The translations under genes and the position numbers were made by a program. DNA of 31,567 nucleotides, taken from positions 62,001 through 93,567 of the forward strand of contig KZ538242.1 of the NCBI GenBank assembly GCA_000934665.2, read 5' to 3'. The stretch comes from Catajapyx aquilonaris. Lineage: Eukaryota. The notes beneath the pieces are model-generated. The model saw nothing but the letters and a program-made list of their open reading frames with translations, did not search any database and had not been told where the DNA came from. This document shows, piece by piece, positions 1 to 9,598 of this stretch. Numbering within the stretch: position 1 is the stretch's first letter; every line of letters starts with the position of its first letter.

Positions 1-187
1 ATTCTTGCAGTTTTTACCAGAAAAAAAAACATGTAAAAGTCATTCCCCATTGAAGACATGAATTTGTACTATTTTTAAAGTTTGTGCTGATGAGAGTCAT
101 TCAGATAATGTTATTTTGATATGTAGTTGACTTACATCCATGAGTTGATGTTGCTGTCTCAGGCAGGATTTCTTTTCTTTTTTAAAA

Positions 188-252
188 TAATTGTGGGGTA
201 GTGCTTCTGACCCCTTCGGTATACAAGCACTTTGACCCTTTATTTATTTTTT
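188..252 (-). mobile_element. Retroposon 3'-end remnant related to 8654-8891
   Basis: ggggtagtgctt..gacc..ggtat..agcac..gaccctttatttatt matches 8680-8730. Confidence 0.55.
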
Positions 253-785
253 ACTGATCGGTCATATAATACCGACGTTACTTTTCATACTAAAACTGTG
301 GAATTAATGTGTAAGCAATTAATTGAGTGACCATTACTGCCCTACACTTTCAAGTGCAAGGACTGGATCCTTTGCTTGCAGTGTGAACAATTGAAATATA
401 ATATTATATCTGACAGTGAGTACCATCATTCTAGGATTAGCTATACCCACCTAATTGTTTGATAAGGAAATTTTTTTGCCATTCCAGTGTAGCTTAATTA
501 AATTTAAAAAAATAACTATTCATGAGTTTATTCCTGCCACACATATACATTGAAGGTCAGAGAGAGAGTGACTGACTGTGATTGGCACACTTCATTGATA
601 TGAAAATTTGCAAAAAAAAAAAAAAATCAATAAAAATATTCCATAAAAATTTCAGTGTCACTTGGGTCAATCGTTAAATTATGTCACACACTGGGTTATT
701 AATGAACATTAATAAATTCAGAGAATTTTAAATATCTGGTGCAGCATTTCTAGTGGTTCTGTTTCCAACGCTGAACACACCGGTC

Positions 786-860
786 GGAAGGCACCCTGCG
801 AACTGTTTTTCAGTCGGCGATAGGAACACGCCCTCTGGAACCCTATCCAAGATGGCGACT
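786..860 (+). promoter_or_regulatory. Gene 1 core promoter with YY1/Pho-type motif
   Basis: GGAAGGCACC..GAACTGTT, then CAAGATGGCG at 848-857; paralogous blocks precede the other genes. Confidence 0.6.
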
Positions 861-1016
861 GTCTTTTACCGTTAGAAGCACGTTCCTTTGAAGATTTCCT
901 TCCATTTCCCCCTCCTTTTGGACCCCACTTCCTTCCCCTGTCCATCTCCCTTCTGATCCAGCATCATCTGGACCATATCATCCGAACATCTGAGGACTCT
1001 TAGAGGAGCACAAGCC

Positions 1017-3704
1017 ATGTCTCCAGTCACCCTGGAGTCTCTGATGGAAGTGTCTCTTGGCAACAGGAGGCTTCTGGAAGGGTTGATGTCACGAATGGAC
1101 TGGTGCCAGGAGGCCATCGGGAGGGTGGAGGGGTGGATGAAGAAGGAGAAGAAGCGTGGAAGGGAAGGTACGCATGAAGGAGGAACAAGGGTGCGCATCA
1201 GGAATTAATGCGTCTTGCATTCCAGAAGATGCTTCAGGCCAGCTGCTTCCCACCGAGTTTGTTTCCGTCAACATTGGACATGCAGGCAGCGAGTCATTGC
1301 CTGCGTCGTATAATGCTGAAAAAGAAATAAAAGTGGAGGAAGAGGATTGGGGAGTGGAGCAGGTGAGCGCATGAAGGATCACGCACTGATATACTAAAAA
1401 TTGAAAGCACCTGTAACTTAGTCAATTGAATAAAAAGCTTGTTCTTATATTTTTTAGGAGAGCTGTTATAGAGACTTGGAAGCAGAGACAGACAGAAACA
1501 GCTGTGAAATTACTGGAAATGTTAATTCAGAAGGTGGATATTCAGCAAGTATGACAAATTCTTTCCCACATGCATGTTAGAAGGTTTTCAGGACTATTCG
1601 ACATGAAGCCATGCTTTAATATGTGCCAATTGCGGTGTTGTTAATAATTCACCTAATAAGTTTCACATAAGCTGAGCATGAACCTTGACCTCAAAGTTGG
1701 GAAGTATCATTTGGACCAAGTAGGAATGCAGTAACCAAACACTCTTCAAGGGACTGCCCAAAAGTATGCGGGAAAATTGATCAAGGGACCGGAAAAAAGG
1801 GACGTTAAAAAAAGCACTAAATGCGGTAGCGTTATATCAAGGTTTTACTGTATATCGTCAGATGTGGTCAGCACACTTTCGAGTTAATCAGTGGATCTCC
1901 CCTCGGAGTCAAACTAGATGTACAGTCGCCGACATATTGATTGAATCACTTGCGAGCATCATTGCTCTGAATATCCAGGATAACGTTAGAAATCGGCTCG
2001 CAAGTGATTCAATCAATATGTCGGCGACTGTACAGTACTTACACACCTGACCCCCTTTGTGTGCCATCTGACTCAGCCATTTTCATTTGCAGGTGGAGCA
2101 GCTTCCTCACCTGATCTTCCAGTCAATGAAGAAGTCCATCCCCATGTGATTCAAGGATTGCACTTGCTTCACGAGGGAACAATGAAGCAAGAGATGCACA
2201 CTGAGAGTGAATTACGGAGCCAGGTATGGTCATTACTTCATTGCACAGTATTCGTATATTCTAAAAGTGATTTTTAAAAATGATAAGGGGCAAGCTGTTT
2301 CAATTAGGGGCAAGCCATATGTTAATGAAGGCATTAAATAATTTTTCATGTTTTATCAATGAATTTTTTTTTCAGTTTGTTACACTTTTGGAGATATGTT
2401 GTTGAAATTACCTAGAATGCGCCCAAAATTGTTCACATTATTATCCTATGATATATTAAATTCATTTATGACATGCTTGAGAGATAAATAAGTGCACATT
2501 GTTTCCATGAAAAACCGCAGTTGGAAAAAAATTATAATTGCGGAATTAGTACAGAATTGGTTATGAAAATGCGTCTATTGTGGTTACCTCCACACATTTA
2601 TTTGGAAGAAGTGCCTCCTTTTTTTTATGGGAAGAGTAATCTCCATTGATTTGTCATTATTCTTCAGGCCTCTACTTCTGCAAGCTGGAAGAACTCTCAG
2701 TCCATCAAAGTTGAGGCATTTCCATTAGAGGCGAGTGTTTCACATTAAAAAGATAAGGAAGCAGTTTCCTGGAAGTGGTCTGAATAGAACTGATGAGAAC
2801 AAAGAGAAGGAATTGATTGACTACAAGTCTTACTGAATGTTGCAGGTTGATGGAGCGGAAAATGAGGAAGTCAGTGATGTGAATGACTCCAGTGATGAAC
2901 ATGCCCCATCTGCTCAATCGGCTGATGATCCTGGTTGTGGCTCAAGTCGGATAACAAACCAAAAGCGGCAAAGGAAGGTACGCTTGTTTTAGTGTTAAGT
3001 TAATCAATGCCAAATCTAATTGCAGGAATTGCATTTTTTTTTTTGCACAACTTTAACACCTGCTTTACTTTTGAATTTTTTTGTAGCGCAAGAAACTACT
3101 GCAGCCAACTGAAACAGATGGTCCAAACAACACTGATCGGAACTGTGGGATTTCTTGTGCTTTGGAAATGGTTAAAGGAAAGAAATGGCATCAGTGTGAT
3201 CAATGCTCGTATAAGACTCAAGACACTGCAAACTTCAACAGGCATAAAGTTGTTCACGGAAGTGACCAAAAGCCTTTTGGTTGCGATGCATGTGAAAAGC
3301 GATTTAAGTCAAACCACGCCATGAAATTGCATTATAAGGCTGTCCATCTTGGTGTTACACCTTTTACTTGTGAAGTGTGCGATAAAAAGTTCCGTGGGAA
3401 GAGGAATTTGGAGGAGCACATGATGATCCACGCTGGCAAGAAGCAGCATTCATGTCAAGTGTGCAAAAAAACTTTTACGCTAGCCCGACATTTGAATTAT
3501 CACATGCAACTTCACACCGGAGAAAGAGAGTTACACTCTTGCTCCGTTTGTGGCAAAGGGTTCGGGTCCAAATCCGAAGTGGTCATACATATGAGGGTCC
3601 ACACTGGCGAGAAGCCCTATTGTTGCGACATTTGCCAGAAGAAGTATGCTAATCGCACTACCTTCCTTCGTCACAAGAAAATCCACACGGGACAAGGAAC
3701 CTGA
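1017..3704 (+). CDS. Gene 1: conserved N-terminal helical domain plus 6x C2H2 zinc-finger protein (about 440 aa, 7 exons)
   Basis: Exons 1017-1167, 1226-1362, 1458-1548, 2093-2223, 2668-2730 (GC donor), 2846-2977 and 3087-3704 join in frame (phases 1,0,1,0,0,0). The last exon has six C-x2-C-x12-H-x3/4-H fingers with TGEKP-like linkers. AATAAA at 3782. Confidence 0.88.
1729..1850. mobile_element. Degenerate pogo/Tigger-like MITE remnant
   Basis: Right end cgttatatcaaggttttactg-TA resembles a Tigger-type TIR; the left end (cagtaacc) is decayed. Confidence 0.4.
1923..2030. mobile_element. Tc1/mariner-type MITE (108 bp) in gene 1 intron 3
   Basis: Perfect 35-bp TIR cagtcgccgacatattgattgaatcacttgcgagc; TA on both flanks. 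Confidence 0.85.
3087..3704 (+). CDS. Gene 1 terminal exon, six C2H2 zinc fingers
   Basis: Acceptor ttttttgtag at 3086 is in frame with ORF 3162-3704 (HQCDQC...HKKIH). Confidence 0.92.
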   Translation, partial: RKKLLQPTETDGPNNTDRNCGISCALEMVKGKKWHQCDQCSYKTQDTANFNRHKVVHGSDQKPFGCDACEKRFKSNHAMKLHYKAVHLGVTPFTCEVCDKKFRGKRNLEEHMMIHAGKKQHSCQVCKKTFTLARHLNYHMQLHTGERELHSCSVCGKGFGSKSEVVIHMRVHTGEKPYCCDICQKKYANRTTFLRHKKIHTGQGT

Positions 3705-3707
3705 GGT

Positions 3708-4815
3708 ATCGTATGATTCAACTAAGATTCTCCTGAATTGCGCTGAACACGCTGTACAATATTTGGTAATAATTTTACAACAATAAATCAATAATTATGA
3801 CCCTGAAAAATGACACCAGTGGGAACGTACCCGACGTTTTGAATAGATTCTGAAGCGGCGACAGCAACACACCCTTAAGGAATTCCAAGATGGCGGCCGT
3901 GCAATGCATTTAGAAGCCTGCTGATTAACTTTCCATCGCATTTCCAGCTAGTTTGGTCCCCCTTCCTGCACTTTCCAACTCGCTTCTGGTTTAGCCTCAT
4001 CTGGTCTTCCCTTACCAACATCAGAATCAGGACTGAGGACTCTAGACTTGAAGCAATGGCTGCTCCAGTCACCCTGGAGTTTCTGATGGAAGTGTCTCTA
4101 GGCAACAGGAGGCTTCTGGAAGGGTTGATGTCACGGATGGACTGGTGCCAGGAGGCCATCGGGAGGGTGGAGGGGTGGATGAAGGAAAGTGGTAAGCAAG
4201 ATGAGGTTGGAAGGTTCCGCAAGATCTGCTATATAATAATCCAATTTTTCACGGCAACAGGAGCTAATTGACATACTTGTTTGCATGAGATTTAATTTCT
4301 TATTCAATTTCAGATGTCGCTTCAAGAAAGTTGCATCCCAGAGAGTTTGTAGCTGTCGACATTCAGGATAGAAGCGGTCGGATGTCGGACGGTAATATCA
4401 AAGTGGAACCGGAGGTTTGGGCACCAGAGCAGGTGATTAAAGCTGGAGTAATTGTGTACAATGGATGCTACACAGAAACTACTGCACTTGCATAATTTTA
4501 CTGTTCTGGAACGCAATGCATAAGTCAATTTTAAATAACTTGGAGCAATGTTTCGTTATGTGCCGTACCATCTAATGATTTCAATTGAAAATTGTAAGAT
4601 TGTGTCAGTTCAAAACTTTCACAAGTAGCTTAGTTGATCAATTTCTGGTTTTTCAATTTTTTGTCTCTTATTTTACAGGACACATTGAATGATGACCTGG
4701 AAGCGGAAACGGCTAAAAACATCAGTGAACTTTCAACCTTCATGAGTTGTGCATGTGCAGAAGTTGACAGTTTGGCTAGTGCAAGTAAGATTTAATGGAA
4801 AACGCAATGATTACA
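3708..4815 (+). repeat. Recent segmental duplication, matches about 6143-7230
   Basis: Promoter, exons 1-3 and introns are nearly identical by eye between genes 2 and 3. Confidence 0.9.
3821..3897 (+). promoter_or_regulatory. Gene 2 core promoter with YY1/Pho-type motif
   Basis: GGAACGTACCC, then CAAGATGGCGGC at 3886-3897. Confidence 0.6.
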
Positions 4816-6041
4816 GTTGAAAGGAGCTTGAGTAGTGCAGCCTTGCAATGAATATTTATGCATCCCATGTGATACTGGACATTGCAAATGCAGTAGAACC
4901 CCAATTATCCGACTCCTCGGTTTATCCGACCGTCCTGCTCCAGCAATAAATGTATGGTATCTCATCAAACACTAATGCAGGCCTACTGACAGTACTAAGC
5001 ATTTGTTTTGTACTGTATTGCCTTAACATTTTAAACAGTAGAGTGTGTATGTAAAAGATAAATGCTTCCCTAATTGTAAAAGATAAATACTTCGCTATTG
5101 TTTAGAAAACCGTATTATTGTACGAGTATAATGTCATTCTTTCAAATATTTTTTGTTGTTTCATAAAACTTTCCTTTGCTTCTCGGATTATCCGACCTTC
5201 TCGGTCATCCGACGATGCCCCAATCCCGTGGGTGACACATAATCGGGGTTCTACTCTACAGTACCATATTTGACGGCGTATAAGACACTTTTCCCCCCCA
5301 AAAAATGGTCCAAAAAAATCGTATTTCAGAAGTTGCTTCAGGCCAGTCCCTTCCCACCGAGATTGTTTTTGTCAACACTGGAGATGAACGCAACGAGTCA
5401 ATGCCTGCGTGTGACATTGAAACGGAAATAAAAGTGGAGGAAGAGGACTGGGGGGCAGACAAGGTGAGGACAAGGCACATAGGCTGATAGACTTTAAAAA
5501 TCAAAAGGTGCCAGTAACCTTGTTAGTCAATCGAATTAAATGTGTTGTTATTTTTTAGGTCAGATGTTATAGAGACTTGGAGGCAGAGACAGCCAAGAAC
5601 ATCAGTGAAATTGTTGAAATTGTCGGCAGTGTCGATTCAGCAGGTAGGGCACTTTCTTTATTGTGTCACTTGCATGTTAGAAGGTGTGCAGGCTAACTGG
5701 AAATGAAACCATGCTTTAATAAGTGCAACAAAAGTGTCATGAAGTACATGCAGTTTTGATTCCAAGTAGCTATGTACCAAATGAAGGGAGATGAAGAAAG
5801 AGAGCTGGAAGAAGCATGTGCATCAAGGAGGAAAGTCGTGCCCAGTCCCAGCCAACAGAAGAAGTGTATAAGAAGCCAAATGCACCTTCCCAAGATGATG
5901 AAAGACAAAAATGCCAGCCGCTGCCGAAAGAAAGGGTGCAAGGGGCGGTCTAGGGTGCAGTGTGATTGTTGCCACTTGTATTTTTGTGTTGTTTCGGAGC
6001 GCAACTGTTTTAAAGCATATCATTTATCCCTCTGTAAGTAA
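4056..6041 (+). CDS. Gene 2: chimeric family member ending in a piggyBac transposase C-terminal cysteine-rich domain (about 283 aa, 6 exons)
   Basis: Exons 4056-4191, 4314-4432, 4679-4784 (near-copies of gene 3 exons 1-3), 5330-5463, 5559-5643 (paralogs of gene 1 exons 2-3) and 5770(or 5767)-6041 all join in frame without stops. AATAAA at 6079. Confidence 0.65.
4891..5256. mobile_element. pogo/Tigger-like MITE in gene 2 intron 3
   Basis: TIRs cagtagaaccccaattat / ataatcggggttctactc; internal ttatccgac repeats at both ends; TA on the right flank. Confidence 0.75.
5770..6041 (+). CDS. piggyBac/PGBD-type transposase C-terminal Cys-rich (zinc-binding) domain exon
   Basis: HLP...RCRKKGCKGRSRVQCDCCHLYFCVVSERNCFKAYH gives C-x4-C-x7-C-x2-C-x4-C-x6-C-x4-H with the RNCF motif typical of PGBD C-termini. 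No DDD catalytic core is present. Tandem AAG/TAG acceptors both give phase 1. Confidence 0.75.
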
Positions 6042-6243
6042 TGTGTGTTTTTTTTGATATTATTTTGTTAGAGAGGTAAATAAATTTATTTTATTTTCTG
6101 CTTATGTTGTACTTTGCTGCTAGTATTGCAATCAGTATTGGCATCATATGATTCAACTAATATTAATTTCTGATTGCCCTGTGCAATTTGGTAATCATTT
6201 TATTATAATAATCAATAATATGACCCTGAAAAATGACACCAGT

Positions 6244-6320
6244 AGGAACGTACCCGACGTTTTGAATAGATTTTGAAGCGGCGACAGCAACACACCCTTA
6301 AGGAATTCCAAGATGGCGGC
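6244..6320 (+). promoter_or_regulatory. Gene 3 core promoter with YY1/Pho-type motif
   Basis: GGAACGTACCC, then CAAGATGGCGGC at 6309-6320. Confidence 0.6.
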
Positions 6321-6480
6321 CGTGCAATGCCTTTAGAAGCCTGTTGATCAACTTTCCCTCACATTTCAAGCTAGTTTGGTCCCCCTTCCTGCACTTTCCA
6401 ACTCGCTTCTGGTTTAGCCTCATCTGGTCTTCCCTTACCAACATCAGAATCCGGACTGAGGACTCCAGAGGCTTGAAGAA

Positions 6481-8297
6481 ATGGCTGCTCCAGTCACCCT
6501 GGAGTCTCTGATGGAAGTGTCTCTAGGCAACAGGAGGCTTCTGGAAGGATTGATGTCACGAATGGACTGGTGTCAGGAGGCCATCGGGAGGGTGGAGGGG
6601 TGGATGAAGAAAAGTGGTAAGCAAGATGAGGTTGGAAGGTTCCGCAAGATCTGCTATAATAATCCTATTTTTCACAGCAACAGGAGCTAATTGACATACT
6701 TGTTTGCATGAGATTTAATTTCTTATTCAATTTCAGATGTAGCTTCAAGCAAGTTGTATCCCAGAGAGTTTGTAGCTGTCGACATTCAGGATAGAAGCGG
6801 TCAGATGTCGGACGGTAATATCAAAGTGGAACCTGAGGATTGGGAGCCGGAGCAGGTGATTAAAGCTGGAGTAATTGTGTACAATGGATGCTACACAAAA
6901 ACTTGCGTAATTTTGCTGTTCTGCAACGCAATGCATAAGTCAATTTTTAAATAACTTGGAGCAATGTTTCGTTATGTGCCGTACCATCTAATGATTACAA
7001 TTGAAAATTGTAAGATTGTGACAGTTCATAACTTTCACAAGTGGCTAAGTTGATCAATTTCTGGTTTTTCAATTTTTTGGTCTCTTATTTTACAGGACAC
7101 ATTGAATGATGACATGGAAGCGGAAACGGCTAAAAACATCAGTGAAATTTCAACCTTCATGAGTTGTGCACGTGCAGAAGTTGACAGTTTGGCTAGTGCA
7201 AGTAAGATGATGGAAAATGCAATGATTACAGCAATGTGGTATTAAAGTATTGCATCCCTCTTCAGGTGAGGAATCTTCCACACACATCCATAGTGCAATC
7301 GAGTCTGAGCAAATGCCTCCGCACTCTTCACATATTCAGAAACCTGAACTCGGAGATGGTATAAAACCTGAGGTATAACGAAGACCTCCTATTATGATTG
7401 CAAACTGGAAAATATCCAACCAATTTTCAGAATAATGATGCCCAACCAAGCGCATTAGAGGACAAACGCATCCCATCGGATCACATGCAAGATGACTCTG
7501 ATGAAGTCACGAATGGGAGTGGAAAAAGACGCAGGAAAGAAAAGGTATGCTTGTTAATTTTACAGTCAGGTTTCACTACATCAGCTTTTCTATCTCCAAC
7601 TGGTGAAGAATTTTCTGTTCGATCAACCTGTGAGCATCTGGTTACGTTCTTGTTGCGTTAAAGTGGAATTATTTTCTAGGGAAGGCCCAAAGTGCAGGCA
7701 ACAGACCAACAGAATGATGACCAAGAGGCTTCTAGTAGCATGGACAAGGAGGAAACTGTACAGATGAAGAGGAATGAGAAAGGCATGTTCCAGTGCAGCA
7801 TATGTTCGTACCAGTCGTACCACATTTCGACAATCAAGAGGCATGAAACGACCCACAACAACGAGAAGCCCTACTGTTGCAGCATTTGTGAAAAAAAGTT
7901 TTCCTTGAAGAGTGCGTTCATGCGGCATTTCCGTACCGTCCATCTCGATAATAAGCCTTTCTCTTGCGACATATGCAACAAGAAATTTGCCAGGCGGGAC
8001 AGAATGGAGGAGCACAGGAGGATTCACACTGGCGAGAGGCCACATGCATGCAAAGTGTGCAACAAAACCTACGTTTCGCTAAATCACTTGAAGATTCACA
8101 TGATTACGCATAAGGATAAGACAGACGCACACACTTGCACCCATTGCGGCAGAGCATTTCAAGCCAAACGTGACATGGTTGTCCACATGAGGACGCACAC
8201 AGGTGAGAAGCCCTTCTGTTGTGACATATGCCAGAAAAGGTTCACTCGCCGTAATATAATGAATCATCACAGGAGACGCCAGCACGCAGGAGAATGA
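6481..8297 (+). CDS. Gene 3: N-terminal helical domain plus 6x C2H2 zinc-finger protein (about 399 aa, 6 exons)
   Basis: Exons 6481-6616, 6737-6855, 7096-7201, 7266-7372, 7431-7544 and 7680-8297 are in frame with canonical GT-AG introns; six fingers in the last exon. Confidence 0.9.
7680..8297 (+). CDS. Gene 3 terminal exon, six C2H2 zinc fingers
   Basis: Acceptor attttctag at 7679 is in frame with ORF 7692-8297. Confidence 0.92.
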   Translation, partial: GRPKVQATDQQNDDQEASSSMDKEETVQMKRNEKGMFQCSICSYQSYHISTIKRHETTHNNEKPYCCSICEKKFSLKSAFMRHFRTVHLDNKPFSCDICNKKFARRDRMEEHRRIHTGERPHACKVCNKTYVSLNHLKIHMITHKDKTDAHTCTHCGRAFQAKRDMVVHMRTHTGEKPFCCDICQKRFTRRNIMNHHRRRQHAGE

Positions 8298-8343
8298 CCG
8301 TAATGCAAAGCATGCAACAAAAATTAAATTCTCTCATATTGTA

Positions 8344-8431
8344 CTATGGGCGCCAAAAGAATTGACCGGAGTTGATGGGCATATAGCGCCATTTACCCAT
8401 CAACTCCGGTCAATTCTTTTGGCGCCCATAG
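8344..8431. mobile_element. Palindromic TA-flanked MITE (88 bp) just 3' of gene 3
   Basis: Perfect 36-bp inverted repeat ctatgggcgccaaaagaattgaccggagttgatggg; near-palindromic centre; TA on both flanks. Confidence 0.8.
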
Positions 8432-8653
8432 TACATAACATAATTGGAAGTTCAGAAGTCATGTTCCTTTCGCCATGTCCTTCGCCATCTGTTAACTTGT
8501 GTTTGCTTACTGGATTACTTCCAAGTAATTGACATTAACTTTGCGTAGCAATGTTCATGTCCTCTTGTACTGTATGTATACGTAGGTACAGCCCATCCTC
8601 CCGCACTTGCTTCCAGTGAGTGTATGCCTGAGGGTTACACACTTTAGTTAGTA

Positions 8654-8891
8654 TAATATAATAATATATAATAATAATTCGGGGTAGTGCTTGACCTCAT
8701 CTGAGGTATGCAGCACGGACCTTTATTTATTATGTCAAGTACATTTGGAGCCTTTATACGTAACGCCCGGGCCCACGGGCAGGATCACAGGAGGGGATGT
8801 GCAAGGTGCAGTGCAATGTCTTAAACGTGGCCATTTTTAGTGAACTCCCCTGGGTGGTTTAGTCTGTGGAAATACCACCCGAGACGAAGCC
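8654..8891 (-). mobile_element. 5'-truncated non-LTR retroposon (SINE or LINE 3' end)
   Basis: 14-bp direct repeat cactttagttagta at 8640-8653 and 8892-8905; (TTA)n-like tail on the minus strand; terminal stem-loop also found at about 190-250. Confidence 0.8.
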
Positions 8892-9370
8892 CACTTTAGT
8901 TAGTAATTAAGAATAATAAGGTGTAGCAATGGAAAAGTCGAATGATTTTTTATCTTCGTGCTATCTCGGTTAAGATGTGTTGTTGGATGATGTAAATGAT
9001 AATGAGCAAGCTCATTTAATTATTTTTTAATTAGGACATTTTCATATGTTTGCATTAATGAGAATTTGGGTTTTCATCAACTAAGCAAATCGTTTTGTTC
9101 CCACTTGAATAAAAGGAAGTGTTCTATAATAACTGTGGCAACGACCTTAATAATTAATATGTGCCCTAATTGCCCAATTATGATCAATTTTTTTATCAAT
9201 TCAATATCTTATCAACGTGCTCTGCGATACACCGCAATAAAATCAATGGATGTGATGATGAGAAAAACTGTTTAAAAAAATTAAGTTTATAATATATGCA
9301 TAAAATTAATATTTTAATAGTAACAGTGTATTTAAATTTATTAAAAATTGCGACCTTGAATACCATCAGT

Positions 9371-9440
9371 AGGAACGTACCCTTCGAACAGTTTCGTGAT
9401 GGCGGTGGGAACACACCCGCAGGAATTCCAAGATGGCGGC
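9371..9440 (+). promoter_or_regulatory. Gene 4 core promoter with YY1/Pho-type motif
   Basis: GGAACGTACCC..GAACAGTT, then CAAGATGGCGGC at 9429-9440. Confidence 0.6.
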
Positions 9441-9598
9441 TGTCCATTTCCTTCTGAAACTTTTCCTTTGAAGATTTCCTTCCATTTCCACAAATTTCCA
9501 CCTCCTTTGGACCCCCTTCCTTTCCATTTTTCCGTCTCGCTTCTGATCCAGCATCATCTGGACCATATCATTCGAACAGGTCTCTAGGTTCTGAAGCA

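Noticed and set aside
718..1382. Minus-strand ORFs over exon 1 and the promoter (also 3875-4222, 9196-9842, 11502-11929)
   Set aside because: Antisense shadows of the conserved + strand exon and promoter; their frames are not conserved between paralogs.
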